Source: Octopus bimaculoides (lineage: Eukaryota). From it: a stretch of 54,669 bases of DNA. The translations under genes were made by a program, and so were the position numbers. How positions within the stretch are numbered: the stretch's first letter is position 1; every line of letters begins with the position of its first letter. The notes beneath the pieces were generated by a model. The model was not told the origin of the DNA. It searched no databases and worked only from the letters and a program-made list of their open reading frames with translations. Where the stretch lies: assembly GCF_001194135.2 (NCBI RefSeq), contig NC_068989.1, positions 93,375,567-93,430,235 on the forward strand, read 5' to 3'. Below are positions 36,952-48,983 of this stretch, one piece after another.

Positions 36952-38228
36952 ATTTCATTAAGAATGAAATGATCGATTTTCTTGCGCACCAAGTTTGACG
37001 GTCGTTAACTCTAATGTTTAATCGCGACAATTCTTTGTTTTACAACATTGAAGAGTTACATTAACACATTTTGAAACGAAATTCATGGTGACTGATTATA
37101 TTGAGTTTTCTCTTGTAAATCAATTTTCGTGAACCCTTTATAGATAAAAAATTCGTGATGTTTATGAATATGAGTTCCGTCGTGGATTCAATGCCTCCCA
37201 GACAGATCGAAATATTAATGAGGTGTCTGGTGAAGATGTGACGAATGAGTGCTCTGTGCGTCGATGGTTTGAGAAGGCCCGGTCTGGCGACTTTACTCTT
37301 AAAAATCAGTCCCGTGGTAGACCTGAGACCAAAATAGATAATGATGAGCTGGAAACTGTAGTGGATGCATCTCAAACTACGCGTGAGTTAACAGCAATGT
37401 TTGATGTTTCTATTCCAACTGCATTAGACCATCTGAAACAATCAACCAAATCAAGAAACTGGGTACAACACGATCTGAACGAGTATCAAGTGACACATCG
37501 TCTTGAAAGTTGTTGTTCTGTGCTGTCACGGCATAAAAGTGAAACATTTTTGCATCGTATTGTTTCGTGTGGTGAAAAATGGATTCTTTTTAACGATAGC
37601 AAGTATTTTGATCGGTGGTTGGACAGAGACGAAGTACCAAAACTCAATTCCAAAAAGAATATTCACCAAAAAAAGCTAATGGTGTCTGTTTGGTGGTCCA
37701 GTGCTGGTGTCATCCACTACAGCTTCATGAGACCTGGTCAGTCAAATACAGCAGATGTATACAACAGATGTATCATCAACCAATTGGATGAAATGATGAG
37801 TGAACTTTCAATTAAACAACCGAGATCGGTCAATAGAGACAGGCCAATTCTCTTGCAAGACAATGCTCGGCCACATGTTGCACAAAGAACGCTACTCAAG
37901 TTACAGGAACTGAACTTGGAAGTACTCTGTCATCCACCATATTCAGTAGACTTTGTACCAACTGACTATCACGTTTTCCAGGCATTAGATAACTTTTAGC
38001 AAAGAAAAATCTTCGAATCTGAAGAAGATACGGAAACAGCCTTTCGTGAATTTATCAACTCTTATTCTCCAGAATTCTTTGCTGCCAGCGTAAACAAACT
38101 ACCGATAAAATGGCAAAATTGCGTTGATAATTTAGGTGCATACTTTGATTAACTGCATTGCTTTTTGTTGAAATAAAGTAAAATAAACTTTCAGTTAAAA
38201 ATCGGATATTTCTTTCTGAATGACCTCA
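36952..38228 (+). mobile_element. Near full-length (about 1.28 kb) mariner DD34D element, inactive
   Basis: 3' TIR aatcggatatttctttctgaatgacctca+TA; degraded 5' TIR tcattaagaatgaaatgatcgatttt at about 36955-36980. Confidence 0.9.
37150..38152 (+). pseudogene. Mariner transposase pseudogene
   Basis: WVQHDL (WVPHEL), SCGEKW (first catalytic D to G), QDNARPH-34 aa-D spacing, HPPYSVDFVPTDYHVF; start codon lost; TAG at 37997-37999 then KWQNCVDNLGAYFD*. Confidence 0.95.
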
Positions 38229-38244
38229 TAGTTTTATAGATCTT

Positions 38245-38665
38245 TTATCTTTTACTTGTTTCAGTCAGTAAAACGCGGCCATTCTGGGGCACCATCTTCA
38301 AAAGCTTTTAGTCAAATGAATCAACCCTGTGATCATCATTTCAAAAACATGATACCTACTTTACTGGACTCTTTTGACGAGCCGCAAACTTACAACACCG
38401 GTCAAGCGGAAATGGATACAAACACAGACGAAAACGCACACACGCACACATACACAAACACACAATCACAAACACACAAACACACACACACATACTCACA
38501 TACATGCAGTCTTCTTTTGGTTTCCGTCTACCAAATCCACTCGCAAGGTTTTCGTCGCTTCGTTGCCTTAGTAGAAGACCCTTGACCCAAATGCCACGCA
38601 GTGGGACTGAACCCGAAACAATTGTGGTTGGGAAGCAAACTTTTTACCACACAGCCACGCCTGCG
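38245..38665 (-). mobile_element. SINE family A, full length
   Basis: Head gccacgcagtgggactgaacccgaaac..taccacacagccacgcctgcg; tail tttacttgtttcagtca. Confidence 0.92.
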
Positions 38666-38700
38666 TGTTTTATATTTTTACATTTCTCACTTCTCTTGTC

Positions 38701-38769
<69 letters not shown>

Positions 38770-39164
38770 GTTGTTGCTGTTGTTGTTGTTGTTGTTGTTG
38801 CTGTTATTGTTGTTATTATCATTATTATTATTACTATTATTATCATTATTATTTCGCCGGAGCCATTAACATGAAGTGTATGTTCATTTTGGAAAGCATT
38901 TAAATGCATATAAATATGTATAAATATATACATATATTTATATGCATATGTATGGAAACACATACGCATACAAATACCTGCATACGTTTGCATGTGTTTG
39001 TGTGTGCGTATATGCATGTATGTGTGTGCATCTGTGTGCGTATGTGTGGTGTGTATGATTGCGTATGTCTACAAGAAAACCGGTTATTGTTATCATTTCG
39101 GAATAGAGTATTTGGATAACAATAACCAATAGTAGACGCTATAGCCGACATGTTTGGCACTCCT

Positions 39165-39603
39165 TAATTTTCATAAGAGACATCTGCATTATAACGTGCA
39201 CACACAAATGCACATATACATATGAACACATTTGACAACAAGCAGTTTCTATGACAGCAGCCAGAAAAGATATAAGTTACAACACAGCTCCATGTACCGT
39301 ACTGTAATCTTTTGAAAATGTAATCTGAAATCGGCAAAGTGTATTTTTGCATTTTAAAATATAATTTCGGGGATCTGCTTGCATAGCAAGTGACCTGATC
39401 TGAGATCGTGTGCTGGAACGAAAACAATTGCAGCATGGAAGATTTTTATAAGCCATTTAAAAACACACAAAAACCGTTAGATTCATTTCAACATTTAAAT
39501 TTAATCTGCCAAAATATTTTCGTCGCTTTGAGACCGCGACCTTGTCAGTGAACAGGTTGCGGTCTCAAAGCGACGAAAATATTTTGGCAAATTAAATTTA
39601 AAT
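39165..39603. mobile_element. Probable Penelope-like terminal repeat ending in a 110-bp inverted repeat (39493-39603)
   Basis: atttaaatttaatctgccaaaatattttcgtcgctttgagaccgcgacc / ggttgcggtctcaaagcgacgaaaatattttggcaaattaaatttaaat; extent of the body is approximate. Confidence 0.6.
39542..39590 (+). ncRNA. Putative hammerhead motif, G3-C8 core variant
   Basis: TTGTCA-GTGAACA-G-GTTGC(ggtctcaaa)GCGAC-GAA-AATATT-T-TGGCAA. Confidence 0.5.
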
Positions 39604-39699
39604 AAAATATAATTTAATTCTAATTAATTCTAATATATTCTTTGTGCATTTTCAGCTTCATTTTTTCTATTCCTCCGCCTGTTTGGTTTAATAATAATT

Positions 39700-39741
<42 letters not shown>

Positions 39742-39770
39742 CACACACATATATATATAAAGATAAACAT

Positions 39771-39801
<31 letters not shown>

Positions 39802-40672
39802 AACACACATACCCACACACATACACACACACATATATATGCGTATGTGTGTATACATATGCACACGGTTTATATATATATATATATATATATAAACACG
39901 GCATACAATATCTATGAAATATAAATATAAAGACTCCAACAATGCGATGAAAAGAATGACAACACCGTGACCGCTGAGACAAACCACCTGAAAATGTGTA
40001 ACTACAACTACTACTGCTGCTACTACTACTACACGTCTGTAAACACCAGACGTGTGCCATCGATGAACGTCCGTCAAGTAAGATAAGAACGTGTCTTTGG
40101 AGCGGACTCAGAGTAAACTTGGAGTGTGTACACACGTCACCACTTTTGTTTTCAATTTCTCTGCAAAAGCAATTGTTTTGTAACTTTTTTCTATAAAGCA
40201 CACACACACACATACTAACACACACACATAGAAAGACAAAGACACACACAGTCTCAAGCTGACACATACATGAGCATATATATACACCCAAACCCACGCA
40301 CATGTATTAATATAATAATATAAATAGTAGATATAAAAGCAATGGTGCTCCAATATATTTGTCGATGTGTGTGTGTGTGTGTGTGTGTGTGCGTGCGCGT
40401 GCGTGTGTGTGCGTGCGTGTGTGTGTGCGTGGATAGATAAATAGATACATATATACATAGGTACATACATGTGTATATGCCTGTATGAATGATGTATATA
40501 TGTGTTATATAAATATTTATATATGTATGATGTTTATCAAGCTATCACATAGATGTGCATACACACACACACATATGAGTGCGTTTGTGTATGTGTGTGT
40601 AGGCGTACATATATACATGTATACACAAACACACACACACACACGCACACACACACACACAAACACACACTC

Positions 40673-40763
<91 letters not shown>

Positions 40764-40778
40764 CATATATGTATATAG

Positions 40779-40920
40779 GCGCAGGCGTGGTTGTGTGGTA
40801 AGGAGCTCGCTTCACAACCACATGGTTCCAGGCTCAGTATCTGCGTGGCACCTTCGGCAAGTGTTTTTTCTTATAGCCTCGGGACGACCAAAGCCTTGTG
40901 AGTGGATTTCGTAGACGGAA
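40779..40920 (+). mobile_element. SINE family A 5' part, ending where the mariner-like element begins
   Basis: ggcgcaggcgtggttgtgtggtaaggagctcgcttcacaaccacatggttccaggctcagt..gtagacggaa. Confidence 0.9.
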
Positions 40921-40929
40921 GAATATGTG

Positions 40930-41776
40930 CAGGATGCGGTGAATAAACTGTCGTCTAAATTACACAGAAAGGAAAATGACACTGACATCTCATTTTAACA
41001 TATATATTTATCAAAATTGCATAAAAATATCTTGAAATTCAATAAAATCGCAATTGGCTTCAACCACGACCTCCACACCACTTCAGAATCTCCTACGACT
41101 CTTCTGGGGGGACTCCTTGTTTAAGTTGGTGAATGCTGCCATAATTCTTGCTGTCAGTTCATCTTTGGTGTTACAAGGAATTTTGTTGGTCTCTCGCTCA
41201 ACTGCACCCTACACATAATAACCTAGGTGGTTGCAGTCTGGGGAGTTTGGTGGTCAAATGTTAGGGGTGATGAAATTGTTTGACAGCCATGACTGGGTTC
41301 TCCTGCTTGTGTGGCATGGTGCAGAGTCCTATTGCTAGACATAGGGTCATCCAGGAGCCACCCTCTTCACCCAGAGCAGCACTACCTCCTCCAGGCACTT
41401 GATGTAGGCCTCCGTGTTGAGTGTGAGGTCGTGTGGGAAGATGAATGGAGACATAAGGTCGCTATCACTAGTGGTGACTCCAAACACCATGATGTTGGCT
41501 GGATTTTGATCTTTATCCCTCTAGGAACATGTCCTCAGATTGACACCCAAACACTCTGAAACGTTCGCATTGGAGCTTCCTGAGCGAATACCAAACAGTA
41601 CAGCATGTCGTTTCCAACTTTCTGGCAGAGTGAATTGCGTCATGGTGTTGTTATTCTTACTGACGGTGTCCAACTGACCCTACTATACTGTGTAGTCAAA
41701 AAAAATCAAAATTAAACAATGCATATGCGTGAAATTAAAATATATAAAATGGCGACAATTTACCCATCGCAGCCTG
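40930..41776 (-). mobile_element. Tc1/mariner maT(DD37D)-like internally deleted element with TIRs
   Basis: TIRs caggatgcggtgaataaactgtcgtc and ggcgacaatttacccatcgcagcctg; minus strand V*Q*DSAPCHTSRRTQSWLSNNFITPNI*PPNSPDCNHLGYYV*GAVERETNK. Confidence 0.9.
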
Positions 41777-42389
41777 TGTGTATGTATCGGACCGTTAGTA
41801 ATATATTTAACAGAAAAGGTGTTTCTCTGTATGTCCTGTTACGCATGCCCAGTGATACACATTAACTAGTTATAGCGTTTTCCAGACCGGAGTACATGTT
41901 TATGCGCATGCCTGAAGACAATAGGTACCGTCTGCGCTATTTGAAATTTTGACTTCGCGGATCCAACCTTACGATCTATTCATACAATGTGATTTGCTTT
42001 TGTGATAAAAGACATCCAGTTGACACACCAAATTTTCTAAGTTTTTAAGTACCGGATTAAACATTGAACCTTTGACATTTACATTTATCAAAACAAAAAA
42101 TTAAATGTAATGAAATCTAAAATAACTAAAGCTACTAGCCTAACACAGGCCTACCAACATCCTTCTTTCGAATCTCTAAAAAACAATCTCATAATTTGAA
42201 GGGGAAGCATCTAAATATACACAGCTGCTTACAAAGTTCCACATACATGAATAAATTATAAACAATAATATAACTCCAAATTCAATCAATAAAAATTTCT
42301 CCAAAACACATCTCCATAACAACCCACACAAAAACCAAATTGCGATTCCACTCAAACTCGCATACCCAAGCAAGATTTTAACTCAACAT

Positions 42390-43450
42390 AGACTATAGAA
42401 ACCGAGGAATTTGCTTATAGTGGAATATTTGGAAATTTCTAGCATTCGATTTTTTCATCCCATTTATATATACGACATGTAGGTTTTTTTGAAGAAGATT
42501 AACTTCGAGAGGATTCTTGACTGCTTGTGCTACTTCTGTATCGTCGGCATAGACAGTAAGAGTAACCCTAACCCTAACCCTAACCCTAACCCTAACCCTA
42601 ACCCTAACCACAAACAGTAGCGGTTTCACGATAGTTCTCTGAGGCACTCTCCTCGCTATTGGTGTCTCTTTGGAGAGGGCCCCATTGGCTACCACAGCCT
42701 GGATTCTATCTCATCAGAAGTCATGTAACCACTCTCCTAGGCTTCTAATTAAGGCAAAGTTCTGTAGTTTGTCATCCATCATCCTGTAATCAACCTTATC
42801 AAAGGCCTTTGCAAAATTGAGATATATCGTGCCCATGTTTGAGCAATTCATTTGTTGTTTCAGCATCCTATCATAATGCTGCAGAAGCTGTTTAAGGCAA
42901 CTTCTTTCTGACCGGAAGCCATGTAAGAGAGCAAGTCATTATCTTCTAGGAACGTGATCAGCCTCTTCCTAACAATACATTCCATGGCTTTTTTTTTTTT
43001 ACATGTGAAGATAAAGAGGCAGGCCTATAGTTTTCAAAATCTGCTTTGCTTCCTCGTTTATAGATTGGACATATTATGCCTTCCTTTAAGTTTCTTGGAA
43101 GTCTGTCAGTTACAAGTAATCTTTGGAAGAGAATTTGCAGTGATCTTGCTTGGGCCCCTTTGCTTATTCCTTGAAGGATTATTGAGAATCCATCAAAAGT
43201 CAGTGGCTGAGTTTAAGCTTTTTTCACCAATGCCCAATATTACATTAGATTCCGTTATTTCGAAGTAGTCAATAATTTCTATAATTTCATGTAAGGCTTG
43301 TGCTGCCGAAGAACTCATCAGGAATGGCTCTGTGCAAATATTCCAACGGAGAATTGAAAACACTTTTGTACTGCATATTGAGTATTTCACTTAATCCTTT
43401 GGATTTCCCCAATCAGAGAGCCATTTTCTTCGAATGAAGCAGACATTTTT
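42390..43450 (-). mobile_element. CR1/L2-like LINE RT fragment (pseudogene)
   Basis: YRPASLSSH, MECIVRKRLITFLE, HGFRSERSCLKQLLQHYD, IYLNFAKAFDKVD, RVPQRTIVKPLLF, YADD. Confidence 0.92.
42563..42609 (-). repeat. Interstitial telomeric-type repeat (TTAGGG)x7 plus a partial unit
   Basis: Seven perfect TAACCC units plus TAACC on the plus strand. Confidence 0.97.
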
Positions 43451-43885
43451 GAAGATCTGTACACGGCTTTGCGGGACTTTCTTCACACAAACACACACAC
43501 ACACACACACACAAAACACACACATATGTAGGTACATATGTACATATACACCTACGTACATGTGTACATATAGATTCGATGTCTTACTTAAGTAGGAAAA
43601 TCAATCTGCATTTAGAAATATTAATTGAAACGCCCACCTCATTCGTCTTTCCGCCTCAAGTACTCACCAGCACCAATATCTCCTCCAGCAAAAAAACGAA
43701 GGTGCAAACCACACATAAAAACCTTCATGGACCTTCACCTGTGTAAGATATAGGGTACAGAGAGCTGTGCGTATGGGGGGAGGGGGAGGGCTATAAATTC
43801 AAACATGGCGCGTGACTTACATAGCGAACGAAGTTTCTGCTATCGTGGGAAACATTTAAATTCTCGTAACAATCCTAATGATCTC

Positions 43886-43945
<60 letters not shown>

Positions 43946-44225
43946 GCTATTTACCTCTCTATATACATATATTATATATATATATGTGTGTATGTATGTA
44001 TGTATATCATTCAAGCAATCTAACTCTATATCGATCGATCAAATTCCCCCTCTCTGTCTCTCTCACTCCTTCTCCATACACACATATATATATGTGCGTG
44101 TGTGTGTGTGCGTGCGTGTGTGTGTGCGTGCGTGTGTTTGCGTGTGTTTTTATGCATGCGAAATTGTTTCTGAGCGTTTTCACGGATACATGTACGCACT
44201 ATATTTATATATATTTTTATGTTTC

Positions 44226-44318
<93 letters not shown>

Positions 44319-45317
44319 ATGCGTGTAACTATACATACATGGTATCATGCTACGCACACATATACATACATAAACTTATGTGCATGTATATAGATATACA
44401 TACACATACAAAGATATATATATGTAATACGTGAGTGTGTCACTGTGTGTCTGTGTGTGTCTGTGTGTTGTGTTGTGGGGTGGGAGTCGTACGCATGCGT
44501 CCGTATTTGGTCGTTTGTGTGTCGTGTGCTGAGAATCTCTCAATGTCGTCAGTCACAAGCAACACATAACAATAACAAATGTAATAACAGCAATAAAGGG
44601 AGCAGCAGCAGCAGCAATGACAATTGCAATAACAGAAAGAAACAAGACTACTCGTAGCCCCCCTCTCCCCGCCTCCACCTTTCCCCAGTGATCTCAACTA
44701 TATTAAGCTCTCTATCTTACCGCCACCTCCACCACCACCACCACCACAGCCACCACCATTTCCCCCTCACCACCACAACCTCCCACCCCCACCTCCAGCC
44801 ATTCGTTGTGGTTTAGTGAAGCTTGTTAGCTTTTACGGTCTTTTCTTTTTTTAAATTCTTTTCGGTAAAAGACTCTGAAGAATATTACAAATGAAATGGT
44901 AGTGGTGGCGATGGTGGTTAGGGTTGAGCCGTAATGGTGATAGTGGTGGTGGCGGTGGTGGGACGCCATAGGGTGTTTTATCGAGCCCCTGTTGCTCGCT
45001 TATTCATTTATCTTTTTGTTCCCTCATTTTTAAGGTTGATGTCGGGCTGGGAGTATTATCCTGTCGTTTGTTTCTCGAAAATCCTTTTCAAAATCGTTTG
45101 AAGTGCATCCCAGCACCACCACCGCCGCCTACGTCACCACCACCACCATAATCATTATCGTCATTATCAACTTGAACCGGTTTCAACTTTCGGCCGAAGT
45201 CACGTTTGCCTTCCACCCTTCCGGAGACTATAAAATAAAGTACCAGTCAAATAATGCGGTCGATGATATTCAACTTCTATCCTACCGAAATTAGAAAGCA
45301 GCGTTGTTTTTATTTAT

Positions 45318-45705
45318 TGTGGAAGTGCAATAGCCTAGTGGTTAGGGAAGCGGGCTCGCAGTCGTAGGATCGCGGTTTCGATTCCTAGACCGGACGTTGT
45401 GAGTGTTTATTAAGCGGAAATTCCTAACGCTCCGCGAGGCCCCGGAAGGTGGTGCTGGTGGCGAACCCTGCTGTACTCTTTCACCACAACTTTCTCTCAC
45501 TCTTACTTCCTGTTTCTGTTGTGCTTGTATTTCAAAGGGTCAGCCTTGTCACACTCTGTGTCACGCTGAATCTCCCCGAGAACTACGTTAAGCGTACACG
45601 TGTCTGTGGAGTGCTCAGCTACTTACACGTTAATTTCACGAGCAGGCTGTTCCATTGATCGGATCAACAGGAAGCCTCGTCGTCGTAACCGACGGAGTGC
45701 CACAA
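45318..45705 (+). mobile_element. Full-length tRNA-derived SINE (fourth family)
   Basis: A box tagcctagtggtta, B box ggtttcgattcc, about 390-bp body ending gtcgtcgtaaccgacggagtgcca. Confidence 0.8.
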
Positions 45706-45735
45706 TTTATTTTTTGTTAATCTCTCATGAAGATG

Positions 45736-45903
45736 CCGTATTTTAACCTGTATAAGGAACCCCCTAATTTGGGGGGGGTTTAAAATTTAGAAAAACGGTT
45801 TTGTAAGGGATTATAATACTATCCATGTATAAGGAACTCCCATATTTTTTTAACCTAATTTTTCATTTTAAAAAAAGGGTTCCTTATACAGGTTGAAATA
45901 CGG
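45736..45903. mobile_element. Tc1/pogo-type MITE, 168 bp
   Basis: TIRs ccgtattttaacctgtataaggaaccc and gggttccttatacaggttgaaatacgg; TA on the right; extra internal tgtataaggaac copy. Confidence 0.9.
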
Positions 45904-45959
45904 TATATTTTATGAGAGACTAAACAAATCATAAAACCGAAAGTTTTGAAAATGACGAG

Positions 45960-46245
45960 ATCCAGTGGACACTATATGGTTTCGTTCTGCCTCGATCCCA
46001 AAGACTCAGAGGGCCGCAGCTTAGCCCAGTTTCCAAGGGATATAAATGACTGAGATTACAATAGTCCACTCCTGAATGGGACACTAGTCCGTTGAAGGGA
46101 TAACTTCCCCGCTATTGATAGAACTCATTTACAGCTGTGTGGAACGGAGCGGCATGAAATGAAGTGTTTTCCTGGTCACAGAATCGAAATCATGATCGTA
46201 GAATCGTGAGTGTTGTACCCCACCCACTAATCCATGAGCCTTCAC
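45960..46245 (-). mobile_element. Degraded SINE
   Basis: cagaatcgaaatcatgatc..cactaatcc (reverse A/B boxes); ctcatttacagctg.gtgga..ggagc..tgaaatgaagtg core. Confidence 0.55.
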
Positions 46246-46529
46246 AGACACTTTAAAAATAAAGGGTTAAGAAAATCTCAAGTTAGGCAAACTTTGCTTA
46301 GATTTACAGCTTCCTTTAAAGCTGTTATTTTCCGTTCCTTCTTCTGTCTACGCTTGCCAGGATTTCCTTGCCTTGGGTGCCATGTATAGATAAGCTTGCA
46401 CAAAAAATTACTCAGAAATTCAGTTCTATATAATTAACCTTGATATCAATATATTTTGCCGAGCCCTAGAGACTTCTCACGAGAATCTTGTGCCCTGTGA
46501 GACCCGGTAGGGAAACGCTGGTAAATTTA

Positions 46530-46935
46530 TTATCTTTTCTACTCTAGGTACAAGGCCCGAAATTTTTAGGGGTTGGGGTACTGTCTATTAAATCGACTCC
46601 AGTACGCAGCTGGTACTTAATTTATCGACCCCGAAAGGACGAAAGGCAAAATCGACCTCGGTGGAATTTGAACTCAGAAGGTAAAATTAGACGAAATATC
46701 ACTAAGCATTTCGCCCGGCGTGCTAACGTTTCTTATTTCTTTATTGCCCACAAGGGGCTAAACATAGAGGGGACAAACAAGGACAGACAAAGGGGTTAAG
46801 TCGATTACATCGACCCCAGTGCGTAACTGGTACATAATTTATTGACCCCCAAAAGGATTAAAGGTAAAGTCGACCTCGGCGGAATTTGAACTCAGAACGT
46901 AAAGACGTGCTAACTTTTCTGCCAGTTCGCCACCT
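46530..46935 (-). mobile_element. Two tandem SINE family B copies
   Basis: cgaccccgaaagga.gaaaggcaaa.tcgacctcgg.ggaatttgaactcagaa occurs at about 46630 and 46845. Confidence 0.92.
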
Positions 46936-47049
46936 TACGCTGTTAAATTTATTCCGCTATATTCAAATTGTGGTCTTTTTTCTAAACTAAGTAGGGAGAT
47001 ATAAAGTGAGAAAGGACAAAAGCAAACAGACAGACTTACATATATTCGT

Positions 47050-47622
47050 AGAGGATTATATGCGATACATTTTCATTTGAAGCTCTTCTATTTCTGGTAA
47101 AGAAGAAAAAACGCTGTACAAACGCATAAAAGATATGTGCCATGTTTGAAGATGGCGCCATAGACGAGAGGTCGGTTTTAAAGTGGTTTCCTAGGTAAAG
47201 GGAATGAAAACTTTTGATCTGGAAGATTGTGAACTTTCCAGAAAGCTTAGTCGTTCATAATGACCAAATGGAAACGCTAGTAAAAAAAACTAACCCATTT
47301 CACAGACTTCACACATCATAGACGAGCGTTACAAGATATTTATAAACACTTGAATTCGAGAATGGCTACGATGTCTGACTGCCTCAAAATTAAACAGAAA
47401 AATATTTAAGGAATACATTTCCATCAGTAATTCTCTGTTCAAACGCAACAAAAGCCATCCATTTTGAAAAGCACACAGGTGATGAAAAATAGATTGTTTA
47501 CGAAAATGTGGAACAAAATGGTTCTGGAGAAAACGAAAGGAACCACCTTCAATCAATCCAAAAGATGGTTAATAACTGAAGAAGGTGATGCTCTCTGGCT
47601 GGTGGATTTGGGAAGGCATTAC
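47050..47622 (+). mobile_element. Degraded mariner transposase N-terminal half, truncated by a gap
   Basis: GAIDERSVLKWF, TGDEK*IVYEN, KKVML..WW.WEGI across frames. Confidence 0.8.
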
Positions 47623-48615
47623 NNNNNNNNNNNNNNNNNNNNNNNNNNNNNNNNNNNNNNNNNNNNNNNNNNNNNNNNNNNNNNNNNNNNNNNNNNNNNN
47701 NNNNNNNNNNNNNNNNNNNNNNNNNNNNNNNNNNNNNNNNNNNNNNNNNNNNNNNNNNNNNNNNNNNNNNNNNNNNNNNNNNNNNNNNNNNNNNNNNNNN
47801 NNNNNNNNNNNNNNNNNNNNNNNNNNNNNNNNNNNNNNNNNNNNNNNNNNNNNNNNNNNNNNNNNNNNNNNNNNNNNNNNNNNNNNNNNNNNNNNNNNNN
47901 NNNNNNNNNNNNNNNNNNNNNNNNNNNNNNNNNNNNNNNNNNNNNNNNNNNNNNNNNNNNNNNNNNNNNNNNNNNNNNNNNNNNNNNNNNNNNNNNNNNN
48001 NNNNNNNNNNNNNNNNNNNNNNNNNNNNNNNNNNNNNNNNNNNNNNNNNNNNNNNNNNNNNNNNNNNNNNNNNNNNNNNNNNNNNNNNNNNNNNNNNNNN
48101 NNNNNNNNNNNNNNNNNNNNNNNNNNNNNNNNNNNNNNNNNNNNNNNNNNNNNNNNNNNNNNNNNNNNNNNNNNNNNNNNNNNNNNNNNNNNNNNNNNNN
48201 NNNNNNNNNNNNNNNNNNNNNNNNNNNNNNNNNNNNNNNNNNNNNNNNNNNNNNNNNNNNNNNNNNNNNNNNNNNNNNNNNNNNNNNNNNNNNNNNNNNN
48301 NNNNNNNNNNNNNNNNNNNNNNNNNNNNNNNNNNNNNNNNNNNNNNNNNNNNNNNNNNNNNNNNNNNNNNNNNNNNNNNNNNNNNNNNNNNNNNNNNNNN
48401 NNNNNNNNNNNNNNNNNNNNNNNNNNNNNNNNNNNNNNNNNNNNNNNNNNNNNNNNNNNNNNNNNNNNNNNNNNNNNNNNNNNNNNNNNNNNNNNNNNNN
48501 NNNNNNNNNNNNNNNNNNNNNNNNNNNNNNNNNNNNNNNNNNNNNNNNNNNNNNNNNNNNNNNNNNNNNNNNNNNNNNNNNNNNNNNNNNNNNNNNNNNN
48601 NNNNNNNNNNNNNNN

Positions 48616-48659
<44 letters not shown>

Positions 48660-48983
48660 AACACACACACACACAAATACATATGCACACACACATGCAT
48701 GTGCCTGTGTATGCATGCATGGCTTGCTTTGCTCTCGACTTCTTCTTCACTGAGAAACACCGCCATGACACCTCCCACCCCACCCCTGTTTGTCTCTTTG
48801 CTTTGTTTCTTTCATATTTAGTTCCTCTTTTAATGTTTATTGTTCTTCAACTCGGTGCCACCCTTCATCACCCTCATCCTCCCGCTTACCTCACTGCCGC
48901 CGCTCAGGTACAAATACAACCATAGCCATATATACTTATACACACACACACACACACATTTATGCATATACGTATATATATAT

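Noticed and set aside
42563-42609. True chromosome end
   Set aside because: Tract is short and flanked on both sides by collinear LINE sequence
45035-45052. 18-nt micro-exon VDVGLG after a strong acceptor
   Set aside because: Donor gtatta is non-consensus; no support
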